Position numbers and translations under genes: made by a program. Shown in pieces: positions 1 to 9,724 of a DNA stretch of 64,000 nt. The notes under the pieces are model-generated. The model did not search any database, was not told where the DNA came from, and saw nothing but the letters and a program-made list of their open reading frames with translations. How positions within the stretch are numbered: the stretch's first letter is position 1; every line of letters starts with the position of its first letter. Source of the DNA: Geopsychrobacteraceae bacterium (lineage in GTDB: Bacteria; Desulfobacterota; Desulfuromonadia; Desulfuromonadales; Geopsychrobacteraceae); contig OY759353.1 in the NCBI GenBank assembly GCA_963662315.1, forward strand, positions 2,880,001 through 2,944,000, written 5' to 3'.

Positions 1-669
1 GATATTGTAATCTCTGACCTGCTGTTGAAATGGATCGGTCCAGGCAACCTGTTCGTTGTCGGTCCAGACTTCTCCTTCCGAAACCTGAACCGCAAGGCCG
101 GGCCTTCCGTTTGCCAAGCGGCCATCTTTGAATACCGCCAGTCGGGCAATGGTATATATCCCCAGAGCCTTCAGCTGCGCTAAAAATTGCGGCAGGTCCT
201 TCAGGGTTCTGGCACGCAATGCGCCAACCTTGCGTGGGAGAGACAGCTTGCTGGAAAAGGCAACATCGCCACGCGTCGATTTAATGTCAATGACCAGGGC
301 ATTCATCCCGGTTTGGGCCAATAGCTGCAGCAGATGTTCGCGCCGGTCACGATTTTCCGCAGCCCAATAGGACAAATACAAGGCCTTGGGCGTAATCGGT
401 TTCAACCTGATGTGCAAAGGAGCGCTATCAAGAACTCTGGTGGGCAGATACCCCGGTTTGCGGACCACCAGGACACCTGAACGACTGGTGACCGAGAAAT
501 AACCATCAACATCACTGCTGACCTGATCTCCTTCGGTCCAGATATGGGCAGCATCAAGCTGAGCGCCGCTGACAGCATCATAAACATGGCCAAACAACTG
601 CTCAGACTCGGCATATGAAAATGTCCAGCTAAACAGAATAATCAGCCATGTGCAGAGAACCTTTGCCAT
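1..669 (-). CDS. Secreted putative glycoside hydrolase (DUF4015-like), 3' end runs off the window
   Basis: Manual translation of the minus strand from ATG at 669: MAKVLCTWLIILFSWTFSYAE (signal peptide)...KALYLSYWAA...MNALVIDIKSTRG...GIYTIARLAVFKD...AWTDPF; not in the ORF track because it has no stop inside the window. Confidence 0.7.
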   Translation of the reverse strand, partial: MAKVLCTWLIILFSWTFSYAESEQLFGHVYDAVSGAQLDAAHIWTEGDQVSSDVDGYFSVTSRSGVLVVRKPGYLPTRVLDSAPLHIRLKPITPKALYLSYWAAENRDRREHLLQLLAQTGMNALVIDIKSTRGDVAFSSKLSLPRKVGALRARTLKDLPQFLAQLKALGIYTIARLAVFKDGRLANGRPGLAVQVSEGEVWTDNEQVAWTDPFQQQVRDYNI

Positions 670-743
670 ACCGAACCCTTGCTTTAGAGCGATAGTTCCG
701 CAGATAATCTGATTTTAAGTTATTTCTATTAATTAATAAACAT

Positions 744-1658
744 TTATTTTACTCCTCTCACAAAAGGTTCCTTGCGCAGGAACTTTTCACCCCATTCAAG
801 AATTTTTGCGCTTAACAGATCAAGGGCTGGGGTGGCAATGTTCCAACGATGCCAGTAAAGTTTCACGGTGACCTCAGCACCTGGGATAAATTCCTGCAAA
901 TGCCCTTTGTCCTGCAGTTCCTGCCCTTGCCAGGCCGGCACCATGCCATAGCAGCAACCCGCTGCTATCACCTGCAAATACTGATTGGGGGCAGGAATAT
1001 AGCTGGCTGGAAAAGTTACTGGCTGATCAGTTATGTATTTGTGAAGAAATTTTTGCTGCAGACCATCGCTGCGGTTAAATAACACAGCAGGTGCCCGTTC
1101 CAGAGCCTCGATAGTCAGCCCATCCGGAAACCAACGGTCCATAAATTCCGCAGTCGCCAGCAGGCGATAATGCATCTGGCCTAAATCATCCACCCGACAG
1201 CCCGGCAGAGCACGCGCTTCGGTACTGATACAACCGACGACATCACCATCTCGCAAATACCGCTGCGTCTGCTCCTGATCCGCAACCCGCAAATCAATAA
1301 GCAAGCTGGTCTCCTTAAGAAGCGGAATAACCGCATCGAGAAACCAGTAATCGAGACTGTCGGCATTAATACCAACAGCCAGCTGCTGCGGGGTAGTGGA
1401 TACTGCGCCGCCCAGGACCTGGTTCAGTCCTGTTTCAAGCATCCGTACCTGCTGAAAATGCTTGAGCAAAACTTTCCCAGCCTCGGTAGGACGGGGAGGA
1501 GTCGTGCGCGTCAGCAGCAACTGCCCACATTGGTCCTCGAGCAGACGAATGCGTTGAGACACCGCTGACTGAGTCAGAAACAGGACTTTGGCAGCACGTT
1601 CAAAACCACCTTCCTGAACCACCATGGCCAATGCATTGAGGAGTTTATAATCGATCAT
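744..1658 (-). CDS. argP: LysR-family regulator, ArgP/LysG type
   Basis: HTH FERAAKVLFLTQSAVSQRIRLLE, GINADSL and LYWHRW motifs typical of ArgP; divergent from a LysE/ArgO exporter. Confidence 0.85.
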   Translation of the reverse strand: MIDYKLLNALAMVVQEGGFERAAKVLFLTQSAVSQRIRLLEDQCGQLLLTRTTPPRPTEAGKVLLKHFQQVRMLETGLNQVLGGAVSTTPQQLAVGINADSLDYWFLDAVIPLLKETSLLIDLRVADQEQTQRYLRDGDVVGCISTEARALPGCRVDDLGQMHYRLLATAEFMDRWFPDGLTIEALERAPAVLFNRSDGLQQKFLHKYITDQPVTFPASYIPAPNQYLQVIAAGCCYGMVPAWQGQELQDKGHLQEFIPGAEVTVKLYWHRWNIATPALDLLSAKILEWGEKFLRKEPFVRGVK

Positions 1659-1763
1659 GACATGACATTAGCAAATCTAATCATATTGAAAAATAATTAA
1701 TTTTACTTTTATCAGTTCTCTCCCCTAGTCTGGCCCTAAATTTTGAGGACAGGGAGAAATGTC

Positions 1764-2366
1764 ATGTTATGGATATACTTGCAGGGTATCGGCGTTGGTG
1801 GCGGCCTGATTATCGCTATTGGAGCTCAGAATGCTTTTGTTCTTGCCCAGGGCATCCGACGTAATTATCCGCTGCAGACCGCTACTGTCTGCAGTCTGTG
1901 TGATGCCGTCCTGATTTTCCTGGGGGTCAGTGGGATCGGTGCTCTTTTGGCCACGAATAACCTGTTACGGCAGGGAGCGACCTGGCTGGGAATCATTTTT
2001 CTGCTCTGCTACGGCTGGCGCTCTTTCCGTTCGGCTATTGCCGGAGGGAACCTTGCCCCGCTTGAGTCAGGTCTGCTGTCACGCCCTAAACTGCTGTTAA
2101 CCACGCTGGCGCTGACGCTGCTGAATCCTCATGTCTATGTCGACACCATCCTCCTGCTCGGCAGCCTTGGTGGTCGCTTGCCCTATGACCAGCGCTACAT
2201 CTTTGCCGCCGGGGCAATGACGGCCTCAGTGCTCTGGTTTTTCACTTTGAGCCTGGGAGCGGGATTCCTCGCCCCGCTGTTCCGCCGCCCCAAGGCCTGG
2301 CGCTACCTTGACAGTGTTGTCTGTCTGACCATGTGGGGTATTGCTGTATCACTGATGTGGACCTGA
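1764..2366 (+). CDS. argO: LysE/ArgO family amino-acid exporter
   Basis: LIIAIGAQNAFVL and LLNPHVYVDT motifs; ATG at 1764 follows GGGAGA. Confidence 0.85.
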   Translation: MLWIYLQGIGVGGGLIIAIGAQNAFVLAQGIRRNYPLQTATVCSLCDAVLIFLGVSGIGALLATNNLLRQGATWLGIIFLLCYGWRSFRSAIAGGNLAPLESGLLSRPKLLLTTLALTLLNPHVYVDTILLLGSLGGRLPYDQRYIFAAGAMTASVLWFFTLSLGAGFLAPLFRRPKAWRYLDSVVCLTMWGIAVSLMWT

Positions 2367-2624
2367 GCCAGCCTGATCACCAACGCACTAACCTTGACAC
2401 TAAATAGACATTACCCTCTTGACAAACAATGACTAGCAATGTACTTCATAAAATGCATGACCAAGGGGGGGGACTCTGCAAGATAGACATCACTTAAAGA
2501 CACCGGTGACATGACCGGCATGTCCATATTTATTCTTCTGCGCAGTTCCTATTTTTTCCGTTTCATCACATGGATTGCTCACGCGAATCACCTCAAACGG
2601 CGATTCCTGGCAGAATAAAAACAG

Positions 2625-3701
2625 ATGCGTACGCCAAATCAAGGAACGACTCAGCAACGAAACAAGAGTGAAACGCCCATCGGTATTACGGCAACGGGAC
2701 TGGCCTGTGTCTATGGCGATCATCCCGCCGCGCTGCTGGGTGGGGTTGCAACCCGTATAAAGGGCAGCGAAGCCTCAACCCGTTTTAAGCTGGCTTTACC
2801 CTACAGTGAAGGGCAATTCGCTCCGATGCTGGTCGCTCCATGTCCACAGCTACCAGACTCTCTGTCAATGCCCCAGCAGCGCATCAACACGCTCGCGACC
2901 ATGGCCTTGACACAGCTGCTCAATGACGTACCGGATGCAGAGGGGCCCACCCGCCTGGTGTTACTGGTTCCGTCCACCACCACCATACGCGGGAAACAGC
3001 TTGATCATTCCGCTTTAGCTCACACATTGTCCGCGTGCCACCCGCATGCAGCCCACCTGCGCATCGACATCATCAGCACTGACCAAGCCCCCAACCTGCT
3101 CGACGAATGCTGCCGCGAACTACAACAACAGTCGCAACAACGGATTATTTTCGGCGGCGTAGACTCCCTGGTGGATGACGGCACCTGCATGCAGCTGGTC
3201 CAAGAAGGCCAAGCCATGACACAACAGCATGATCAGGGGATTATCCCTGGCGAGGCCGCTGCATTTGTCTGCCTTGAGTCCCCTCAAAACAGCAGCTGCA
3301 CCGCTGTTTTGAGTACCTGCCATAGCGCCCCGGAACCAAATACCGGCAAAGGGGGGCATACCAGCCTGAAAGGATTAAGTACGGCCATCAAAACATGTCT
3401 GGCCAAAAGCCCAGCCGCAGCAACGCTTGATTGCTGCATTCTCCCCTTTGGCAGTTCCATGGCCGACGCCTTCGAATGGTATCAGGCCGTCGAACAGTGT
3501 TGGCCGCAGCAGCTTAAAAAATTCCACGAAGAACTCCGTCCACGCCAGTTTATCGGTGATATCGGGGCCGCAACACTGCCCTTATACCTTATCCTTGGCC
3601 GGGAGCGATTCACATTCAGTTTTGATCCACTTGAGCAGCTATTCATCTGTACCGCAACGCCAGAATCCTGGCGAACTGCGATTCTGTTAAGCAAACCATA
3701 A
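2625..3701 (+). CDS. Beta-ketoacyl-synthase-fold (PRK06147-like) T6SS accessory/adaptor protein
   Basis: IFGGVDSL, GIIPGEAAAFV and IGDIGAA motifs of the thiolase-like fold; lies directly upstream of a DUF4150 PAAR-like gene, the usual context. Confidence 0.7.
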   Translation: MRTPNQGTTQQRNKSETPIGITATGLACVYGDHPAALLGGVATRIKGSEASTRFKLALPYSEGQFAPMLVAPCPQLPDSLSMPQQRINTLATMALTQLLNDVPDAEGPTRLVLLVPSTTTIRGKQLDHSALAHTLSACHPHAAHLRIDIISTDQAPNLLDECCRELQQQSQQRIIFGGVDSLVDDGTCMQLVQEGQAMTQQHDQGIIPGEAAAFVCLESPQNSSCTAVLSTCHSAPEPNTGKGGHTSLKGLSTAIKTCLAKSPAAATLDCCILPFGSSMADAFEWYQAVEQCWPQQLKKFHEELRPRQFIGDIGAATLPLYLILGRERFTFSFDPLEQLFICTATPESWRTAILLSKP

Positions 3702-3724
3702 ACCAATCATGGGAGGGGAACCCA

Positions 3725-4261
3725 ATGGCAAAAGGCAATGTTCTGATCAATGGCCGCACTGCGGTGCACAAAGGAAGCAAAGGGGTATTAACCACAATCG
3801 ATGTGTGTTTGACCAAAATCGGTAAGCCCGTCGTTCCCATTCCTTATACCAATATCGCCCGCAGCGAAGACGCAGCCCAAACCGCCAGTACCGTGTTTAT
3901 CAACGGCCACCCCGTCTGTCACAAAGATTCCATTTTTGCCAAAAGCACCGGCGATGAGCCGGGCAACCGCAAAGGGATCAAAAGCGGCACCATCACTGAA
4001 AAAGCTGAATTCATCACCGCTTCGGGCAATGTTTTTATCGAAGGCAAAGCCGCCGTGCGCCAGGGCGACCTGATGGTCAGCAACAACCGTAACACCGCCC
4101 CCATGCCCCTGTCCCAACCAGGGGCCGAACGTCCCCAAAAAGTGTCCATTAAAGACGTCGACCAACTGCAAGACACCAAACCGGATGAACAACTTGAAGT
4201 CGGACATGCAGGAGAAGCCAACCCCTTGCTGAAAGGGCTCTCACGCGGAGAAGACGCATGA
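3725..4261 (+). CDS. DUF4150 / PAAR-like spike-tip protein with short C-terminal extension
   Basis: DVCLT..PVVPIPYTNIA, STGDEPG, S.NVFIEGK.AVRQGDLM.SN.RN match DUF4150. Confidence 0.85.
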   Translation: MAKGNVLINGRTAVHKGSKGVLTTIDVCLTKIGKPVVPIPYTNIARSEDAAQTASTVFINGHPVCHKDSIFAKSTGDEPGNRKGIKSGTITEKAEFITASGNVFIEGKAAVRQGDLMVSNNRNTAPMPLSQPGAERPQKVSIKDVDQLQDTKPDEQLEVGHAGEANPLLKGLSRGEDA

Positions 4262-7200
4262 AACGTCACACCCGCCTCGCCACCTATATCGATGGGGATA
4301 ATCCGCAGCGTTACCGGGAAATGATCATCGGCGATCTCAGCGCCGGGATGAAACGCCTGACCCTGGTGTTTAACGATAATGAGATCGACAGCGAAGATAT
4401 TGAAGATCATGAATATATCGTCCTGCCCCTGGGTAAGAGCAAAACCGTCCCCAAAGACAAGCCTAAGCCCGAAAGCCCGGCCGAATACAATAATTTTTTA
4501 GTTCCCTTAGTGGTCAAACGCCACGGCAGTAGCGATTTCGACCTCGCCAAAGGCAAAGAACTGCGCCAGGGGTGGTTGTACATCTACTGCAACGGTTACC
4601 TGTGGCGCGAAATGATGATCGACAGCCACGCCTTCACCTTCGACGTCAACCTGCGCCGCTACCAAGGGCAGGAGTTTCGCCCTGCCACCGGCGAAGCCGA
4701 TTGCCGGGTCATGGTGCCGTGGAAAATCGGCGGCGTGCGCCAGACCATCGAAATAGCTTACTCAGAAGTCCAGTGGAGCTGGGCCCGCATTAACGCCTTA
4801 GGCGGAATGAACCCCGACAAAGACTATGAAATCCGCATCAAGGACAGCACCCCGTTAGCCCAGGACGACCCGGCCACCTGCGGCCAAAGACGTAAAGAGC
4901 GCATGCAGGATATCAGCGACGAACTGGACCAATGGGTTTTGAACGACGGTGAAAGCACCGCCAACATCGTCCATATCGACAACGCCACAGCCGACATTTA
5001 CAGCCTCAACCTGCACACCAAAGGGGCCTTACCGGTAGTGTTTATCGATGATCCTCTAGGCCATGCCCGCGACCTGATGCAGCAGATAAACCGAGAAGTT
5101 CAGGAACTTGGCACCCAGGTCAAACGGATTGGCCAGAAGGATTTCTACGACAGCGCCATTATTGCCTACAATCTGTTTTTTGATCCAAAGAATGCGGGTC
5201 AATATGTTGAAACCGGTCGAGCAAGACCAGGTCACGAGCGTCCCAAACGCTTTGAAAAAAATCTGTTTGGCCAATGCGGCGACAAGACCGACCGCAACAA
5301 AATAGAAGAACTTCTTGAAGTCGCCAGCCGTAAACAGCGCCGCCAGACAATTCGTAACCTGCAATATGAACTGGTGCGCTGGCTGGATGGCTGTAATCCG
5401 CAAGGGGAACCAATCAGCCGCGACGGCTTTATCAGCTACAACAGCATGATGCTCGATTACTTCACGGCCCATGGCGAGCTGTATGCAACCTCGTGGCTGG
5501 TCAAAAACGATATTATCAGTACCCTCAGTATCGAGCCCAGTACCTTCGATTACGAGCTCGACTTAGAAGAGAACCGGGAAGTTCCACCTCTGGCTTTCGA
5601 CTTGCGAGCAGCATATAAATACAGCCTGCTGGAAGAACACCACCCCCTGCACCATAAACTGTTTCCCAGCGAAGCACAGGCCCCCGTGCGCAGTGAAGAC
5701 CCGGTCGATCTTTCCAAAACGGAAAATGACGGTCTTGGCACCTTTCGCGCCGATGTGTTTGTTCCGCTTATGAATAACCGAGGGCAAATCGGCCGCCGCT
5801 TTGCCGGGGCCCTGAACCAGGCCATCAGTGACCTGAAAAGCCACTACACCAAACTGTGGCAGGACGCGTTAGAGACCAGAACCACGCAACGCTTTGACGT
5901 CTTCTTTCGACTCGACAAAGCCCTGAACCCAACAGAGCTTGAAAGCCTGCTGATTCAAACCATTGATGAGATCAGTGACGACCGCATCATCCTGCAGGCC
6001 AAAGCCTGCGAACTAAGAGCATTAGAGCACGAAGCCGCAGTCCAAATGCTTAAAAAGGAAAAGCTGAAAATCCGTCAGGGGCAGACCACCAAGGCCATAA
6101 CTCTGGTTGACGAAGCCGGGGAAACCATCGGCTCCACCGACATCGCCCACCTGGCCCATAACAAAGGCACCATGGTCAGCACCGCCGCCGCCCTTGAAAA
6201 CGCGCCCCTGTCCAAACTCAAAATCCGCCAGGCTATCGGACACAGTCAATTCGAAGTAACCACCATAACCAAAAGCTCCCGCCTTGCCCGCGCCCTGGAA
6301 GTTCCAGAACTTGAAAGCAATGTGGATATCAAAGTCAAAGCAAGCGCAATCCGCACCATGCGCAAGACCCTGCTACCAGCGGTTATTCTGTTTGAAATTT
6401 GGAATTTGAATGCGTCGTATGCGGCTTTTGAAAAAGCCGCAGCAGCAAAACAAGATCAAGTTCAAAAATTTGTTGATCTTGCAAATGCCAGCACCGACCT
6501 CGCCTTTGCCATCATGGAAGGGATCCAAGCATTGACCAGCAACGAGTCCCTTCACATCTTCTTGGCAGAAGATGCCGTCTCAATCTTTGATATTAAGGTC
6601 GGCTTAGCTCCCTTCACGGGTTTTGGTACAGGTATTTTCAGTGGCATTCTTTCACTCCGTGAATGCTTATATGCCGTGAAATACAACGATAACGATACAG
6701 CTGTCGGCCATGCCGTTATGGCCTCAGGGTTCTTTCTGGCGAGTCTTGCTATAGCTGGCGGTACAGATCTAGCCATTAAAATTCCTCTCTTGAGTGCGTT
6801 CCCTCCCCTCTTATGGGTGTTTACCGGGATTATCTTTCTTGGTGCGGGAATCGTCGCATTATGCCAGGATGAACCGATTGAAAGGTGGGCAGCCAATGGC
6901 CCCTTTAGCCTTGTTGAGGGGGCTGAAGAGCTGAGCTACCTGCGCACCAACCCCAAAATCAGCCAACAGGTATTGTGCAATGCCTTATATACGCCCCAGA
7001 TAAGTGGCCGCAACATAACAACCCCCATTTACACCGCCTGTCAAAAGGGGGATTTCGAGGTGACTATCAGCCTGCCTAAATTTCGCCTTGGGTTTAACGA
7101 CCTGGACGTGCGTGCCAGTTGGGAGGTTCACACAACCCTGGCCAGCGGCTTGAGCAGCTACCCGCAACAAACTGTTTATCCCTATATGATCCAGCAACTC

Positions 7201-7497
7201 ACCGATGACAGTCGCCGCATCACCGGGTTCAAATATTTCTACAGCCCGCCTCAGCGCAAAACAGCCCGTCCTTTGTGGCAGGCCAAAGCCCGCCTGTTTA
7301 TGGATAACGACCTTATCCTGCCGGACGGCGAACGCAAACATGTAACCGGTGAACTGCTGCTAGCAGAAGCTGTACAAAAACCGGTTAAAAGAGCAGAGGA
7401 ATCGGATACCGCCTTCTTGCAACGCTGGGAAAAACATCACCAGCAGGAAGAAGCCATCAACCCCAAACAACCCGGTTGGGTCTACACAACAAACTAA
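4258..7497 (+). CDS. MIX-domain, VasX-like T6SS effector with C-terminal hydrophobic (putative pore-forming) region
   Basis: ELRQGWLYIYCNGYLWRE (MIX hRxGhhYhh motif) and AYSEVQWSW near the N-terminus; several Gly/Ala-rich hydrophobic segments near the C-terminus; overlaps the PAAR stop (ATGA). Confidence 0.75.
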   Translation: MKRHTRLATYIDGDNPQRYREMIIGDLSAGMKRLTLVFNDNEIDSEDIEDHEYIVLPLGKSKTVPKDKPKPESPAEYNNFLVPLVVKRHGSSDFDLAKGKELRQGWLYIYCNGYLWREMMIDSHAFTFDVNLRRYQGQEFRPATGEADCRVMVPWKIGGVRQTIEIAYSEVQWSWARINALGGMNPDKDYEIRIKDSTPLAQDDPATCGQRRKERMQDISDELDQWVLNDGESTANIVHIDNATADIYSLNLHTKGALPVVFIDDPLGHARDLMQQINREVQELGTQVKRIGQKDFYDSAIIAYNLFFDPKNAGQYVETGRARPGHERPKRFEKNLFGQCGDKTDRNKIEELLEVASRKQRRQTIRNLQYELVRWLDGCNPQGEPISRDGFISYNSMMLDYFTAHGELYATSWLVKNDIISTLSIEPSTFDYELDLEENREVPPLAFDLRAAYKYSLLEEHHPLHHKLFPSEAQAPVRSEDPVDLSKTENDGLGTFRADVFVPLMNNRGQIGRRFAGALNQAISDLKSHYTKLWQDALETRTTQRFDVFFRLDKALNPTELESLLIQTIDEISDDRIILQAKACELRALEHEAAVQMLKKEKLKIRQGQTTKAITLVDEAGETIGSTDIAHLAHNKGTMVSTAAALENAPLSKLKIRQAIGHSQFEVTTITKSSRLARALEVPELESNVDIKVKASAIRTMRKTLLPAVILFEIWNLNASYAAFEKAAAAKQDQVQKFVDLANASTDLAFAIMEGIQALTSNESLHIFLAEDAVSIFDIKVGLAPFTGFGTGIFSGILSLRECLYAVKYNDNDTAVGHAVMASGFFLASLAIAGGTDLAIKIPLLSAFPPLLWVFTGIIFLGAGIVALCQDEPIERWAANGPFSLVEGAEELSYLRTNPKISQQVLCNALYTPQISGRNITTPIYTACQKGDFEVTISLPKFRLGFNDLDVRASWEVHTTLASGLSSYPQQTVYPYMIQQLTDDSRRITGFKYFYSPPQRKTARPLWQAKARLFMDNDLILPDGERKHVTGELLLAEAVQKPVKRAEESDTAFLQRWEKHHQQEEAINPKQPGWVYTTN

Positions 7498-7506
7498 GGA
7501 TCCTTA

Positions 7507-8433
7507 ATGGATAACATGATTCAATACACCGACACCGCCTACACTCTGGCAAAAAAGAATGGGCTTAAACCTCCGGACCCAGCCCTGTGGAAAGGGGCCC
7601 AACGCCATTTCCGTGCCATACCACTCCCCAATGGCATCTTTTGTGGAGATTTCCGCTCTAAGGTCCTTTCCAGAGAGATACGTGCATTAAAACGTGATAA
7701 ACAGCCCCAAGAAAAACTGACTGAACTGCGTATAGGGTTTGGCTGTAATCCGCTTGCTATAATCATGGCCTTCAGAGTGATGGCTGCAATTTTTGCGGTG
7801 CTGGGTCTTTTTATGATTTTACTAGTCATATTTAGTGGAATTCCATTAGAGTTATATGTTTTTTCTTTTTTTCTAGGGGGGGGGGGGGCATTTATTTTCT
7901 TCCATCTGCTCACCAAGATTGTTCCTGATAAAAACAACATTACCGTCAACCGCGCCACCGGCATGATCAGTTTTCCAAAAATTGGTCGCAGGCCAGCCCA
8001 GGAACTCCCCTTTGCCGAATTTGATGCCTACTACAGCAGTAGCCTCTATCCAACCGGTACCGTCCATTATATTTTATGTATTTGCCACCGATACACCCCT
8101 GCATTCTTATCTCAGGGCAATACAGTTCGTACTAAGAATTTGTTTATCAACTGGGAGTTCCTCCAGCAACTTATGGATGTCAACTTACCATTACCTGATA
8201 TCCCCAGATTCGAACCCCTGCGACACCTTGATCCGACCACCAAAGCCTGGGACGAAGAACACGGCCGTGACCCCAATTACTGGAAAAATTATGACCTGCG
8301 CAACCAGCGTAAAGATCGCGAAGCATCCTTCCGTAAACAAGACAAAATCGATTGGCACAGCCTGCCAACCGATCACGTACCACCAGAAACCAAAGCCAGA
8401 GCGTCCAGAATGGCGCAACTGTTTAAGGAATAG
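7507..8433 (+). CDS. Putative cognate immunity protein I1 (2-TM membrane protein)
   Basis: Immediately downstream of the effector; TM hairpin; conserved QQLMD.NLPLPD.P..EP.R..DPTT..WD...GRDP.YWK shared with six paralogs. Confidence 0.7.
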   Translation: MDNMIQYTDTAYTLAKKNGLKPPDPALWKGAQRHFRAIPLPNGIFCGDFRSKVLSREIRALKRDKQPQEKLTELRIGFGCNPLAIIMAFRVMAAIFAVLGLFMILLVIFSGIPLELYVFSFFLGGGGAFIFFHLLTKIVPDKNNITVNRATGMISFPKIGRRPAQELPFAEFDAYYSSSLYPTGTVHYILCICHRYTPAFLSQGNTVRTKNLFINWEFLQQLMDVNLPLPDIPRFEPLRHLDPTTKAWDEEHGRDPNYWKNYDLRNQRKDREASFRKQDKIDWHSLPTDHVPPETKARASRMAQLFKE

Positions 8434-8534
8434 TGCTGGTGAGTTCTTTGACAATTGAATACCCCCTTTTGGGGATAACGCTTGGATCTTTGTTCTTCTT
8501 TGCATGAGACAGTTTTTGGGTTTCGTGTTTCGCC
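8434..8534 (+). repeat. Conserved ~100-bp inter-module spacer, copy 1 (boxA-like motif, C/G hairpin, T-rich tract)
   Basis: GTTCTTTGACAATTGAATACCCCCTTTTGGGGATAACGCTTGGATCTTTGTTCTTCTTTGCATGAGACAGTTTTTGGG; other copies at about 12197-12296, 13458-13552, 14717-14818 and 15977-16077, truncated copies from 9678 and 17236. Confidence 0.9.
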
Positions 8535-8738
8535 CTGTGGCAAGCCAAAGCCAGTCTGCAACGGTTCGATGGCAAACGCGAAGACGTTACCGGCCGCTTA
8601 TTCATCCCGGAATTATCCAAGCCGGAAAAACAACCGGAGCAGACCAGTGCCGAATATGAACTGGCCCTGCAGAAGTACCGCGACCAGTTAAATCATATTG
8701 ACCCCAAAGTCCCCGGCTGGGTCTACACCACCAACTAA
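8535..8738 (+). pseudogene. Orphan effector C-terminal tail fragment, type B
   Basis: Reads LWQAKASLQR..DGKREDVTGRL...PKVPGWVYTTN*; no start codon of its own; 18 bp shorter than the copy at 12297. Confidence 0.8.
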
Positions 8739-8747
8739 GGTTACACG

Positions 8748-9677
8748 ATGCCTAAAATGATTGAATACACAGATACTGCCTACACCTATGCACAGAAAAA
8801 GGCCCTCCTCCCGGCTGTCCCCGTGGCCTGGACAGGGATGCAGAAGCGCTTTCGTAAATGTCCATTACCCGGTGGAGTTCATTGTGGTGATTTTCGCCTT
8901 CTTCTTAGTGAAGCTTTCCTGGAAGGAATGAAATCGGGGAAATTACGTAATGGGGACCTGGAACAGGTCCGTATCAGCTTCATCGACAACCCGTTAGTTT
9001 ATATGTATATTTTACGCTTTATGGCTGGATTTTTGGCATCATGTTCTTTTGTGCTATTTATACTTTTCTCTTTCTCTATAAAATCTTTTGATGGGATCTT
9101 TTTTGTTTTTTTTCTTATAACTGGGGGGGCTTGGCTAATTTTCCACTACCTCACCAAGATTGTCCCCGACAAAAACAACATTACCTTAAACCGTGCTACT
9201 GGTATGATTTGTTTTCCGCTCCGGAAAAAAGCACCTGCGAGAGAAATGCCCTTTGCCGAATTCGATGGTTATTACCACACAACCACATCTCCCGTCGGAG
9301 TTGTCCGTTATCAATTGTGCTTGGGGCACCGCTATTCGCCAACTAGTGTCATGCATGGCGGCGGCGTGGATACTGACATTGAATCGATCTATGCCCTCTG
9401 GGAAAAGCTGCAGCAACTGATGGACATCAATCTTCCCCTGCCTGACCTGCCTGAATTCGAACCATTCCGGCAACAGGACCCTACCACCAAAGCCTGGGAT
9501 GAAAAACATGGGCGCGATCCTGATTACTGGAAAAAGATGAACCCCGACTGGCTGCCGGACTTGCGCCGCGAAGGTTACGAAGCCCTGAAAGCCGTCGACT
9601 GGAGCCTGCTGCCCCGCGATCATGTGCCATCGGCAGAAGCTATTGAAGAGGCCCGCAGGACCGCACGACGCAGATAA
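8748..9677 (+). CDS. Orphan immunity paralog I2
   Basis: MPKMIEYTDTAYT start, TM hairpin, LPLPDLPEFEPFRQQDPTT motif. Confidence 0.7.
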   Translation: MPKMIEYTDTAYTYAQKKALLPAVPVAWTGMQKRFRKCPLPGGVHCGDFRLLLSEAFLEGMKSGKLRNGDLEQVRISFIDNPLVYMYILRFMAGFLASCSFVLFILFSFSIKSFDGIFFVFFLITGGAWLIFHYLTKIVPDKNNITLNRATGMICFPLRKKAPAREMPFAEFDGYYHTTTSPVGVVRYQLCLGHRYSPTSVMHGGGVDTDIESIYALWEKLQQLMDINLPLPDLPEFEPFRQQDPTTKAWDEKHGRDPDYWKKMNPDWLPDLRREGYEALKAVDWSLLPRDHVPSAEAIEEARRTARRR

Positions 9678-9724
9678 TGGTTTAGTTCTTTGACAATTGA
9701 ATACCCCCTTTTTGGGGGGAAAGT

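Noticed and set aside
2400..2620. Riboswitch or promoter upstream of the toxin locus
   Set aside because: TTGACA at 2419 has only a weak -10 match and no riboswitch consensus was recognised
2625..3701. Fatty-acid or polyketide ketosynthase
   Set aside because: No ACP or other biosynthetic genes nearby; PAAR context fits a T6SS accessory role better
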